Part shown: piece by piece, positions 1 through 14,200 of the stretch
Layout of the letters: every line of letters starts with the position of its first letter
Numbering within the stretch: position 1 is the stretch's first letter
Assembly: GCA_051362555.1 (NCBI GenBank)
Contig: CM120648.1
Span: 18,224,587-18,288,586 of the forward strand
Direction: 5' to 3'
DNA: 64,000 nucleotides
DNA from: Lingula anatina
Taxonomy: Eukaryota > Animalia > Brachiopoda
The notes under the pieces: generated by a model
Databases searched by the model: none
What the model saw: the letters and a program-made list of their open reading frames with translations, nothing else
Told to the model about the DNA's origin: nothing
Position numbers and translations under genes: made by a program

Positions 1-1310
1 TTTTTTCTAAAAAAATTAACACAATTGATACATTTAACCCCCCCCCCCCCCGCCCCCAGCAAAAAAGACATAATTTACTATTCATATATTTCAAAACATG
101 CCTATGGTTAGTTTACAATACTGTATCTTTCACTACTACTGGTACCAATGCCCCCCCCCCCCCCCTCCCCACCGCATTGCAAACAAGTACTGGTACACCA
201 CGATATGCACATACGTGTATGCAGGTTGGATGACAATGTTATTTCGCAATCCACTTCATCCTTTTCACATTAAAACACGAAGAAATTGCATGAGAAGCCA
301 AGATTCAAACATTTCACTTATACGGTGATATTCATTCCATGCATGAGACCAGAAAGCCACTGCCATCACTCGATCAACTAAATGATAGGTACCTGGCACG
401 GTGAATATACAGCTTGTTGGAAATGTTGAAATTCTACAAATTACAGGCCATCGCACATCTTAAAAATTTGATATGTTAAAAAAATATTGCCAAACTATGA
501 AAAAACAGGAACAGATAAAGAAAAAAACCCTTAAGCTGCATTTGGCACAGTTCAAAAGTCAATGTTTACAATGACGTTTTGTGTGCGGCCATTTTGCTAA
601 TCGCCAGTAACTTTAGAGAATACTCAGTGAAATCGATACACGAATACTTATTCGGTGTATAAAATGTAACTTAAGCATATACTGTATTGTTCCATCAAAT
701 TCATTAGTATTTAAATCTACTGTTCATTCCACAAACACATGTACAACTTACCTGTCTCTATGCCTTCGTCTCCCGCCAAATTTTTTTGGGGTTACCACTC
801 CACGTTTTGAAAACGAGGCCAAATCTAATATTTTCCAAAATAACCGTCAAATCAGCCAGTGGCTCCCGGGCTGCATACCATGATTCTTCCTCTTTTTCTC
901 ATTATTATTTTTATAGCACAATCCTTATTCCTTGCAGATACCTGTTTTAAAATTGACATTCTACTGGCACCTGAACTCGCTGTGTCATCTTTTATCCACT
1001 GCTCTGTGATGCCGTTTCGTTTCTCGTGGCCTGTGATGCCGTTGCCGCCATTCTGTGTCCTGTCCTGGCCTTTCTCCTAAGCGAGTCAGTGCTGTATGTG
1101 ATAAATAGGCGCCATTTTCGACCGTCCATACACAAGGATGTATCAGAAAGAGATTGTGAGTTAATTTGACAAAGAAAGAGATATGATCCGACCGACTTGT
1201 AGGTATATGGAGCAAGTGTTTATGTTACTGTGATCTCCAAGCTGCAGCACCAGAAGTGAACATAAAGTTTAGCAATCGCTGACAGAAATATTACAGGATC
1301 TACTGTCGGA

Positions 1311-2241
1311 ATGGAAGCCATGTTAGGGCAGTCTAGACGAGGTGTAAATCCAAGATCAGGACAGGTGACAGTACAGACACAACCTCCATTAGCTGAACAG
1401 GAAACAAATCCAACATCAGCTCCACATCCTCCTGTTTTCTTAGACAAGGCAGAATGTGTGCGTTCCTTCAGTGCTAAACTGGGAGATGATAGAGGAATAA
1501 TCATATACATAACTGGGTTAGCCATAGATAAGGAACACATGTTTGTTGTGGATAATGAAAACAACAGAACAAAAGTATTCACACATAAAGGACAATTTAA
1601 GTTTGATATTAAAGTAAACTATCCATATGATGTGGCTGTGTCACAGACTGGTCACCTGTATATAACATCAGAGGGTGACAGATGTGTCCAAGTGTACTCC
1701 ACCAGAGGTCAGCAGGTGACAACCATGGGTCAGGGTCTACTGGAGGAACCACATGGTATTACACTGAACAGACAAGGTCATGTGATGGTTTGTGACGGAG
1801 GAAAGAAGACCATCTTCACATTCCATGCAGACAGTGGACAGCTCCTGAACACTATTCCACTCAGTATGTGTAGAGACCCATATGACATCACAGTGAACAG
1901 TGTGAATGATAACATTGTAATATCAGACTGGGGGGGATACTGTGTACATGTGCTTTCACCTACTGGTGATCATCTGTACCAGTATGACATCAGAGAAGGC
2001 AGTGAACTGAGTTCACCATGTGGAGTGTGCACAGACAGCTATGGTCACATCTTCATTGCTGACTATGATAACGACAGGATAGTGGCACTGAGTCCACAGG
2101 GACAGTTTATCAGATACATTGTCACTAAGGATGATGGGTTGGAGTCTCCCACTGCAGTAGTCATCAACCCTGCTGGTCAGCTGGTGGTGGGAGAGATGAA
2201 TGGCAATGTTCAGACATTCCAGTACATTGACCTGAAACAAG
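1311..2241 (+). CDS. Exon encoding an NHL-repeat six-bladed beta-propeller (TRIM2/3/71-like C-terminal domain)
   Basis: Repeats such as PYDVAVSQTGHLYIT, PHGITLNRQGHVMVCD, PCGVCTDSYGHIFIADYDNDRI and PTAVVINPAGQLVV. It ends in a strong donor CAAG|GTGAGT (phase 1). Confidence 0.9.
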
Positions 2242-5200
2242 GTGAGTAACATGTATTAACTGTGGATAGATATGATTATTATGTAAAATATTAGAAAGTT
2301 AATTAGTCTTACAATGTTTTTATCCGTAAATATGTTTGCCTTTATTTCAATAAAAAAACTTTTAAGCATATTTAAATTCCCTGAGCACACAGCTGTGCTT
2401 CAGTAAAAATGTATGTACATGTAGAGTGGAGACATTTTCTATACTTAATACTTTACTGTTACTGACCAATTTCTATGAACCCATTAGTGATTAGGATTTT
2501 GAATAATGATGAAGAACTCTTTTTAATGGAATTTATAGTATGCTTTATTTGTATTTTTATTAAGTCACAAGAAAAACATCTTACATTGTTTAATCCCGGA
2601 ACTTCTTGTCCATATGTCAGTGAAGAACAACTCAAATCTCACAACAGAACAGTCCAATTCTTCATATTCTTCATCTTGTAGCTGTTCATGAAAGCTTAGA
2701 TATACCTAACTTCTCAAATTATGTACTTTGTCAAGTTTCTTGATGTCTTACCACTTCTAGATTCAAAGACATTTCATCACTAGTTTGTTGTTAACACACA
2801 CAAATAAATTAAATGTTGAAGTACTTTGGATGATACCTTATTTTCCTGACTTTGTGGATTGTTGTTTGCAAATAAAACTAGCAGACGACCATTTTTCATG
2901 AAATGGAACTACTTTTCACAGGAAGTAGTGTATTCATACACAACAGTGACCTTGGGTTTGGAATACAAAAAAATAGTACATGCATTCATACTGTCACAGC
3001 ATGCAAATTATAATGAAATATACAAAACTAAACACATTTTTATGTAACACAAGTTAAATGCATTTTTATTTATTAAAATAATTTATTTATATTATTATTA
3101 TTATTATTATTATACTGGATAAAAACATTGATGAAATGGTTTTGACCACCTTTTTGGACTTTTTAAACTTCATGCTGATAGACCCACATATTTATGTCAA
3201 AGGCCCAGACTAAATCTAGTCCCATGCATAAAAAGCCCAGACCCCAAGTTTATTACGCCCTGGCTGGGCCCATTCTTTATGGTGTTTGTTTTGTTAACAG
3301 CATAGTGGGTAAGTTAATTGACCAAGTTAATTGGCCAAGCTGCCAGTTTGTTTGTATGGCATGTGCGGGGGATGTCTTATAGAATAATAAAACCAGACAG
3401 AATATGCTGTGATTCCTAAATAAAATAGATGGGGGGGGGGGGGGGGAGACACCAAGGGGCTCATGATTATAAATACCATAGCATTAATAATAATGGTTAC
3501 ATATGCACAACTCCTTCCTTATGTTTAAGTCATAACATGGTAAATTGATCTGATTATCACGTAGGTGTAATATTTGGCCTTATCAAATATGTTTTTCATT
3601 GCATTAACAAAAATAAGTAAAATGTGTACAAAAGCCTGTTTCAGCAAAATGGTTTAAAATAATTTTTACTCAGAACATATCTTTGGAAGAACCTGCTAGG
3701 GGAGAAGACATATATGTTGTGGGAATTATACACCAATATCATATTCACCATAAATCATTGACATAAAGAGCTAGTGCATCATATTTATGACCTAAGTTGA
3801 AAATGACCCATCGTAACAGCTAGAAATAGGCACTTTTTGGACACATAGTTGGCCATATTTTTGTAAATTGTAGTCGGATTATTATAATTCTTTTTTTATT
3901 TTGCTCCTATGAACAGTGTCTTTGATATCAGTCTAACAGCAATCTCTAATCACAAATTGTTAATTTATCAGACACTTGTAACATTAACCCCATTTAATTG
4001 TTCACCCTGATTGTGAAACAGCCGCCTGCTCCAAATGTACTTGGTCTGCTCCAAATTAAAAAAAAAAATATGGATGTTGATAAAATTTATTCTGAACAGT
4101 CTATAAGTCAGGCAGATTCAGTACAATGGCATATGTATTTGTAGGTTGATAAGTTATTAACTAAAGAAAAAAAAAACTTCATGTAATAATCATAATAATT
4201 ATACATAATACATGTATGATAATACATTTCACCACAATATGATGCAAACACCATCAAATGGAAACAAAAATAAACTTGTTTTTAAACCAACTCAACAAAT
4301 GTTTGTGCTACAAAACTGATACAACTGCACCAAATATCTTTTGCTATATGAAATACTTGTTGAAATGATGTTTTCAATAGAACTTATTTTTTATTTTATC
4401 TTTTTATTTAATCATGAGAAAAACTTTCTAAAATGTTGATTCCCATTTCTTAGTATTATCATTATGCTTCACATGTATATCAAGGCTGTTGCAATGTTTT
4501 TTTTAACTAGTAAACAAAATCTCTTACACTGCTACAGCACATTATCTGCTAGCAACAATTTTTACATCTGATGGTTTTTAGAAGCTACTGTCCCTGTGAT
4601 TCATCGGCCAACATTGTTTTTATCTCAAGGTCAAACAGGCCAAAATCTCCTAAAAATGGGGGTTTAAAAAACATATATATGTTTGTGCCAATTTTTAGAA
4701 ACTACACTGACCTAAGTGGGGGGATTACATTTTGGGACTTCATCTTCGGGAGTTTGGGGTCAATCGGTGCATTTTCACAGGAGAGGCAGCCGTTAGATGC
4801 CAAAGCTGAAAACTCTCTATTATTCCAGAACCCTAAATACAAGAAACCTCTTGTTTTTTGCATTACGTAGAGCTTGTCAAGCTCAATTCATATGTACTGG
4901 GGTTGGAATCCATTTTTTTGTTTGTTTTTGATATGTACCCAGACAGCCTCAGTAATCTGGCCCACGTCTGACCCAGATCTGGCAACGTCTGGCAAAACGT
5001 ATGGCCCACGTATGGCTTGCCAGATCTGGGCCAGATGTGGCAATGTTTGGGCCAGATCTGGCCCAGACATTGCCACATCTGGCCCAGTCCACATTTGCTC
5101 ATGTGGCCAGATGTCGGCCCAGATCTGGCATTATCTGGCAAAGGTATGGCATGCCGGATGTGGACCAGAAGTGGGCCAGATTAGGGCCGGACATGGACCA

Positions 5201-8200
5201 CATATGGCCCAGATTGTTTTTTTTTTTTTCTTTTTTTTTAAATTATTTTAATTATTCAATTAAGATTACTATAAAAAAAAAGACATACAAGATTCAAGAT
5301 TCAAGTATTTATTCTGTGCTAAAACCCTAAACAAAATTATTACACATTATATAACCTTGCTGGCAACTAACACGTAACAAATTAAGGGCCACTCCTTGTC
5401 TTTTTGTACAAAACAATGTATGTTTGAAAAAAAAAAAAAAACTACACTGCAAAAAGGCAAATATACAGACACTTAACAGGAGGAAATGTCACTTACATAC
5501 ATGTAAAGAAAACAGTTATAACAGCAATTTTTTTTCAACACAAAGCTGCTCATCGAATCTGAATTAACACAAATTACAAAAATTGTAATTAATTATATAT
5601 GCATATACATGGGGGGGAGGAGTTTGAGGGGGAAATATTTTTTCCTTGACAAGCTTATAATTATTAAAGGAATCAACAATGGAACAAGTAACTCTACCAA
5701 GTTAACAACAGTTCATTCAAATGTCAAGTCAAAACACAACATCCCTTCCTTTCTGGGAGAGAAACGGTCCTTTCAAAATATGTTAATTGACAGTTCAGTC
5801 TTTAAAATGTCTTTTCAAACATTTGCAGAATAGCATATGAACTCCAACTTTTATTCCTTAAACCACACTGAAAATTCTCAAAACTAATCAACTCATATCA
5901 AATCCCATGTCCTTTCACTACTACGTACTGGTCTCTTCCTTTGCTTGCCTTTACGTCACATTCAAATGTTCCCTTCATTTTAAAGGTTTCTCAGACGTGT
6001 ATGAATAATACTGTTTGTTTTCTGGTCCTCCACAAGAGCCACATTTATTTTTCTTGGATTTCAGAATTCTCCATGTATTTTCATCAATGATATTACAATA
6101 TGCACCTGAATCTGGTAATACACTGAGATTAACACCTCCTCTATTTCCTCCATGTCTTCTGTGTATATTGCATTGGTTCCCACACCAAATGTATATGCAC
6201 TCCTGGATTATCATGTTCAAAGCTGTCATTTACATGAATAATAGCTTCAGTTTTGCAGACTTTTGCAAAGTGATCCAACGTTCCATGTTTTCTCAGTCGG
6301 GGAGTTTCTACTTCGTTTTTTAATGTCTAAACTCGTAATGTTAAGACTGACCTGGTTTGTCAAATGACTTCGGTTTCATCATACTCACAGTTTCTGGTGT
6401 TCCAATTCCATTTAAAGCGTTAACTGTCTTATGTATATTCATGTTTCTAACCTGTGTTTGGGAGAGTCCTGAAAATATCTTGTACACCTGTCCCTGCTGA
6501 ATACAACATAAGCGCGCATCTCCTCTGTCATGTATTTTTAATTTTCTATCTTTGTTCATTATTTATGCCGTCCGTTGGTTTTGAAAAGATCAATCTTTTC
6601 CGTCAGGTTAAAACTGTCTAGCCATCGCGTCGAGCATGACCCTAATGTCTCTGGACTTCTGTACGGTTCGAATTCCATAATTTCACATTTTCCTCCATTT
6701 TTTCAAAGAAAGTTGACTCACAGTTTTGCACTAGTGTTAATCCTCGTCGCCAGTGTTGATGCCTTCGAAATAAATCGCATCACGAATCAAATCACTCAAC
6801 GAATTGTATCAGTTTGATAAGCTTGTGCTTTTTTCATATCCATAACTCTTTAGAAGAAACGCTACATCCGGGTCCCTGACCGGCTTATCATAAAAAGCGG
6901 AATCTTAAAACAGCGGAACGAGTAGTTCAAAAAAAGTTTTAGAACAGTGAATTCATTCAAATGTCAAGTCAAATTAAACAAATAGCACACTTATGAGGGG
7001 ACTTTGAAGAAAAGAGAGAGAGATAAATTAAATCAAAATTTATCAAATGACGTCAGTTCACTGCATTCAGCTCACTATAGTCCATAAAAAATAAATAAAT
7101 AGAAAAAAAAATTGAAAATGAAAGTACCATATCTGGCCCAAGTCTGGGCAGCATCTTGCAAAATGTGGCATAAATGCCAGACTTTGCCAGACTTGGCCCA
7201 GATCTGGCAAGTGTCTGGCAAAATGTGGCATAAATGCCAGACTTTGCCAGACATGGCCCAGATCTGGCAAGTGTCTGGCAAAAACTGGCCCAGATATTGC
7301 CAGACGTTGCCAGATCTGGGCCAGACATGGGCCAGATTACTGAGGCTGTCTGGGTAGGTTAGGAGTTGTGCTATATAAAAAAGTACATTTCGATATTCAG
7401 TAGTGAAGCAAAATGTGAAATACTCAAAAACTGGCAGAGATACACCCATGGTTACTATTGACCTTGAATAAAAAGTCACATTCTGGCAGCCAAACTGTGA
7501 CCTTGAAATTGACCTTTGACCTACTTTTCATCATGTACTAAGTCTTGCAAATTTTTTGCCTCTTTTATCTGCAAAAATGGCAGAGATACACTTACAGTTA
7601 CTATTAACCTTGAATAGGAAGTCATATACTGGCAATCTTACTCTACGCCGCTTTGTAATCTGGAACATAGTCAATCTTACACGTCAGACTTTGTGTGCAA
7701 ATCGACTTTGTGATTTCTGATAAATGTCTGTATACTTCTCTTTGTTCTTCAGCAGTGATTCAGTATCCAGATTACACACCCTTTTTATCTATCTATTTTA
7801 CTCAAAGTTTGTTTTACCCTGATATAAATAACACACCATAGTATTTTAGGGAATTTCTCAATTCAATTGAATTCAAAATATTTAATTTAGCTGCGATTTA
7901 TCGACTTTTGTCATCGTGAAAATATGAGATTTTACATAACACACTAATACCCAATGCATTTTCCATTTGAAAAAAAAAAACATTTCCACCAATTTAGAGT
8001 AGGTATGAGGGAGTTTTTGTGCAGGGGCGGAGCGATAAGGGGGAGTATCGGTGCAGGAAAATATAAGTACAGGAAGTATTGGTGCGGGAAATTTAAACTG
8101 TGACGTACCTTATACACATGTAGGTACTGGGAATTGTCGGCGCGGGGGTTGTATAGGTATAATAGTATGGAGGAGTATTTGTGCAGGGACTTAAAGCACA

Positions 8201-11200
8201 GGGGAGTATCTATCAAGGGACATACACAGATAGGTACGGAGAGAATTGGTGCTGGGGTGTATAAGGTATGCTGCCGTTTAGTAGCAGTAGCGAAAGTGTA
8301 CCAGTATTATGTTAAAAATTTGACGTTGTGACAGGAAAGGTAGTTTTAATGGGTGGATTCAAACATGGTCGTAGGCACGATCTGTATATATTTCTGTAAC
8401 ATACATTGAGCACTCCAATAACCTTTTCCCAGCCTATTTTGTCTTGATATTATCCTCTTCTGTGCTGCTCCTTCATTTAGAGCGCATTCTCAACGAATTA
8501 AGCCAGGCTTTACAAAGCCGGTGACCTAAAAATGGCGGACGTACATGAAAGAAAAACCGCCTAATCTTTTAATAGTCTCTCCGCCTCCTCACACGTCTTC
8601 CCTGCGGGGTACAGTAATTAAATCGCGTCTCCGTTCGCCATGCGGAAGCTACCTGAGAAATATTAAGTGTGCATGCTCATCAGTTAAACTCGTGGTGAAG
8701 AAAGCATGGCGGCTAAGGCGATCGAAGGAAAAAAGCTCTTCTGTTCTATTATCTTTGAAAACAGAGACGAAAAAGGAATAATTTGGCCAGTAGAGCAGCA
8801 ATGAATCGACTATCTACGGAGATAATATCACCAGAGATATTCACGGAAATATTTATGTTCGGAGCCGAGATTTAATTACTGTACCCCGCAGGGACGACGT
8901 GTGGGGAGGCGTGTGAGAGGCGGAGAGACTATTAAAAGATTAGGCGGTTTTTCTTTCATGTACGTCCGTCATTTTTAGGTCACCGGCTTTGTAAAGCCTG
9001 GCTTAATTCGTTGAGAATGCGCTCTTACTGTTTAAATTCACTTCCTTTCTTGATTGACACTCCTTCCATCATCTCATCATCATCATTTAGACATAGCTGT
9101 TCAGTCTTGCTACTACTCACCTCCATCCTGTTACTCTCAAGCACATATGCAGGCATCCACCTCTCTAGATTTTCTCTCGCTTCCTCTCTGCTATCGCTTC
9201 ACAATAAATATAACATCTGCAAACATCATCGTTCACCTTATCCATGAGTCCTTTTGTCAATCTGAAGCATAACATTTGTATTACCAGGTGAGTTTAATGA
9301 ACGGCTTCAACGGTTGTGTGAAAGTGGTAAGATTCCAGTATACCGACAGCGAGTAGCTATTGTTGGACCTTACGGTGTGGGAAAGACTCATCTCGCCAAG
9401 CGCCTCATCCATGAGGAATATATCAAAGAAGAAGATGCAAATACAACTGGCGTGAATATATACCGCCATAGGTGTGTTGTCCATAAAGCTGGCCGATCCT
9501 GTTGGATCAGAGGAAAAGGTAAGCAGAATATAGGAAAACGTTAGACACATATGGAATTTGTTTATAAAGAATACAAAGAACAGAAGATAAGACATTTTCA
9601 ATTTTACCACATAATTCACAATAAGGAATTATACATACATGAACGTGTGGGTGTCAAAATGTGTCCTTCCATATCTTAGTATGGTAGACGAGGGGCTGAG
9701 TGAAAAAGTACCTAAATAAGTGGTGCCTTTGTATTGTTATCAATCAATTGACATACATGACACTTTACAATCTACTACTACAGCCCACTGATTATTTTTT
9801 AACTGGGTACAAACACGATAATTTCATTCTCTGTAAAAACACCATGCTTTATTTTACTCAATATTGAATTAAATTTTTCAACGGTGTAGCCTGATACGTA
9901 CACTCAGAAAAGGTACATTTAGATACAACGCTTGATCTAACTGTATGATCCTTCCACCTATTCTCAGATGATCCAAAAGACCAGTTTGCACAAAATATGG
10001 CAATTGGAGTACAGAATTCAGATACGTTTTGTGAGCCGGACTTAACAGTATTGGACCAAACGCCACTAGAGGAATCCCTACCAGATTCGGAAGTGAATAT
10101 TAATAACATGCTGACAAATAGAGGTATTGTACATGATTGTCTCGAATAGTTCATCTTGGTGCAATTTAAACAGATATTTGTAGTTATTCTTCTTTTTTGC
10201 CAAGAGATTCCACCTTCTATGTGTTTTTTGTTGGCCATTCCACATATATGTGCCTTGAAGACAGCATCCCAAATTTTATTTTATATGTTTAAATTTTGTA
10301 AAGAAATTCCTTTCTAAATTCTTTTATCTTAGCCATGTTTTTGTTTACTTTAAAGTTGAGTCATTTTCTGCTAGAATGGTGTTTGATATTATTCTTCTCT
10401 TTATTCTCTATTCTATAGTTGCTCCCCCTGATGACAGTGAATTACCTGCCTCTCCTGACAAAACAGCAGGTAAATAGTGCACATGTAGTAAAACAAGATT
10501 CTCGTGTATTCTTAGCTTGCCGATTAGGTATGTGAGTATCTACATTCTTATTTTCATCAAACTGGGACTTCGAACTCACATGGGCATCAAGCCCAGTGGT
10601 AATCAAATTTTCTTACTGTCCATGTTTTTAATAGAAGATAATTAAAATTTTGTGTTATTTATACAGTTGACCATTATGTTATATTGCATCAAAAACCTAC
10701 CATAACGTTATAAAAAGAAAACTGTTACCTATTTTTTTCTTTACAAAAATGGTTCTTAGGATTGACAAACAGCTTAAATTAGAAAACCAGCTCTTTTGAA
10801 TTATTGTTTTAATCGAATTATGCATTTTTTGTGAAATTTTCATTTATCTCATTCTGGTGTGAGCTTGAACTCTCATGGGCCTGTTTTTACTTACATCGTT
10901 ATATGCTGTTGTGCATAATTAAATTTTGGGGTTGACTGTGCAGTTAAGCATTGTATTACATTAGAACTGACAGCCTCCTATTTTGTGCATTATTATTTTC
11001 TGCTTTTTTAAAATTGTGACTTAGACATTTCATGGGCCTGAATACCTTTCCTAGTCACATTTGGGTGACAAGCCTCTAATCTTCCCTTGAGGAACTACTA
11101 GCTAAATTCAGAGCTATAAGGTCACTTGCCTAATTAAGTTTCAAGTGGCAATTAAATGAGATTATATAAATCACACCTGTTGAGATTCCCTGTAAACTCC

Positions 11201-14200
11201 CATAGGTTAAGTTCTCTGCCAGATAACAGTGTCCATAATAGGGAAGCAGTGATAATTATGCAGGTAAATGTTGTTTGATATTGCAAATAAGTTCTCAAAA
11301 AATTATTTTGTATAATGCCAACATTAATGCTGTATATGAACAACAGTGCCTTATTATCCTCAAACTCAATGGGGTTATTCATAACATGCTTATACATTAA
11401 GACTAAAAGTTTGAAAAGCAGCTTTACTGGAATAATTTTGTTATGTTTTGTTATTAATTTTTTCAAACACTGAGAATTTCAACTGAATTTTTAACTCCCC
11501 TCCACCTGAAGCTCTGCACATTTTCTGTTTTTCCACATAAGCATTTGTATTGGTATTTATGTCTTCAAATATTATGTAACATTATATTATTCTATGCACT
11601 GCTTTCATTTGTCATATTGTGATTTTCATCATGTGAATTTGAACTCTCGTGGTCCTGAAACTGATCTTATCATAGGGGCAGATTGGGATCGTCTTCAGGG
11701 TTTTCCAGAAGACGGTCAGATTTTAAAGTTTACATTGACGGGTATCTATTTTTTCTGTTGGAAGACCATCAAAAACGGAGGATGGATTAACAAAGACATT
11801 TTAAAATACTGTCAGAAAATACATTTGGATCCGCTCCTGTTATTGACCATGTTACCTGTTGTGCATGACTTAAATTCAGTGTTGATTGACTGTGCTATTA
11901 CAAGTATTATTTATTATTGCATCAAAATGAGAAATTAACCTATTTTCTGCATCTTTATTAGTACCACCAGCGTATACGCTGGCGGTACTCATGGTTTTAG
12001 TCCCGACTTGTCTCGTACAGCTCCGCCGGCTAATGCGGCTCCACCGGCTCCACAGTCGGGCGTCGGAAACAAGTCACCGTTACCGCTCCTCCTCCTAGAC
12101 CGCCAGGACCTGTGTCTCCATCTCTTGGATTTAGGTCACATATAATCTCAACTTGAACACCCTGGTTTTTTTGTCTCTGTCGGTGCATTGGCCTGGGCGT
12201 GACACTCGTTGAAACGCACCCTTGTCAAAATTTTTGAAATTCAAGGCTAAATATCTCCCAAACCAAAGGAATTATGGGAAAAATTACTACAGAATTAAGT
12301 CTGACCGAAAGTCATATGTGGAGATTCCAAATATGCCCTTGGATTTGACTTTAGACCTTTTTTTCAAGGTCAAACAAGGTCTAAAATGGGAATTTTCTGC
12401 AAAAAAAAAATTTGTTTGTGCTTTTTTTTTTTGAAAGTACACAGATCAAAGCTCTTCTGTTATAGTGAGGGGTCACAATTGGGGACTCCTTTCATCTTTG
12501 GGAGTTTGGAGTCAATCCGTGCATTTTCACGGGAAGCAGCCATTAGATACCGAAACTGAAAACTTGCTTTTATTCTGGAATGGTAAATGCCAGAGACCTT
12601 TTGTTCATCTCATTATGTAGAATATGCAAGTGCAATACTGGAGGTGGTGTCCATTTTTTTGTTTTCGATATGGTTTAGGCATTGCGCTATATCAAAAATT
12701 ACAACATTGCAATATTCAGTGGGGAAAATGTTAAATATTCCAAAATTAGATATGCCCATAGTTACTATTGAACTTGAATAGGAAGTCATATACTGGTAAT
12801 CTAACTGTGACCTTGAAATTGACTTTTGACCTACTTTTCATGATGAACTGCACTTTGAAGTTTTCTGATCTTTGTATCTCCAAAACTGGCAAAGATACGC
12901 CCATAGTTACTATTAAACTTGAATAGGAAGTAATATACAAGTAATCTAACTGTGACCTTTAAATTGATCTCTGACCTACAGTACTTTTCACCATGAACTG
13001 AACTTTGCAAATTTTCTAGCCCTTATATCTCTAAAACTGGCAGAGATACACCCATAGTTATTGTTAAACTTGAATAGGAAGTCATATACTGGTAATCTAA
13101 CTGTGACCTTTAAATTGACCTTTGACCTACTTTTCACCATGAACTGAACTTTGCACATTTTCCAGCCCTTATATCTCCAAAACTGGCAGAGATACACCCA
13201 TAGTTACTGTTAAACTTGAATAGGAAGTCATATACTGGCATTCTTATTGTGACCTTGAAATTGACCTTGGACCTACCTTTCAACATGAACTGAACTTTGC
13301 AAATTTTCTATCCCTTATATCTCGAAAACTGGCAGAGATAGGTCCAAAGTTACTATTGAATTTGAATAGGAAGTCATATACTGGCAATCTTACTGTGACC
13401 TTGAAATTGACCTTTGACCTACTATTTATGATGAACTGCACTTTGCATGTTTCCTGGCCTTCGTATGTCTCCAACATTGGCAAAGAAATGCCCATAGCTA
13501 CTATGGAACTTATATAGGAAGTCGTACAATGTGACCTTGAAATTGACCTTTGACCTATTTTTTTACCACAAACTGAACTCTGCATATTTTCTTGCCCTTC
13601 ATATCTTCAAAACTAGCAGAGATCTGCCCATTGTTGTCCCTAGGTTTTTCCTTTTGTCAGCATACCGGTATATGCAATACTGATAATGCATTTCAAGGAA
13701 AACCAATAGGCCTATTGTCTGGAAAATAACAGGAGTGATCAGTGTAAGGAAAATACAGGTCAATTTGAACATCTCCTTGATTGGACCATTTAAATTGTTT
13801 TTTATTTATTTATTTATTTCTTTATTTATTTATTTATTCATTTATTTTATTTTTTTTTTTTTGCATATTTTGAGAACTTTTGTTTATTGCATTTTATAGA
13901 GCTTGTCAAGCACAAGACTGGTGGTGATGTCCAATATATATATATATATATTTTTTTTTTTTTGGGGGGGGGGGTCCATGCGAATGTGCTTACTCCAGCT
14001 TGTGGTACAATATCCAGAGGCGGCCATTATACTTTTTGTGCCTTGAAGACTGGGCGCTTGATAGCAATTATACTTGATCTTATTAGACACATTTTCAATG
14101 TAATTTATTCATTTTTTTTACAATATTTATACAATATCCCGAAGTTAAATTATATGTTAAAATTTTGGAAAGAATTCCTTTATCTTAGCCCTGTTTTTGT

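Larger units (their letters stand above)
4600..7640 (+). mobile_element. Partial HINE (Helentron-type non-autonomous element) interrupted by the TIR element
   Basis: Flanks at about 4600-4935 and 7357-7640 match the HINE body and the 146-bp repeats of 19933-21792; boundaries approximate. Confidence 0.6.

Noticed and set aside
4863-5330. Overlapping ORFs rich in WARSGPD/PDLA (also about 7050-7480, 29930-30630 and 32300-32730)
   Set aside because: Translations of the transposon subterminal CCAGATCTGG repeats.
12746-13585. Repeated minus-strand ORFs (KSRSKVNFKVTVRLPVYDF)
   Set aside because: Translations of the HINE 146-bp tandem repeats.
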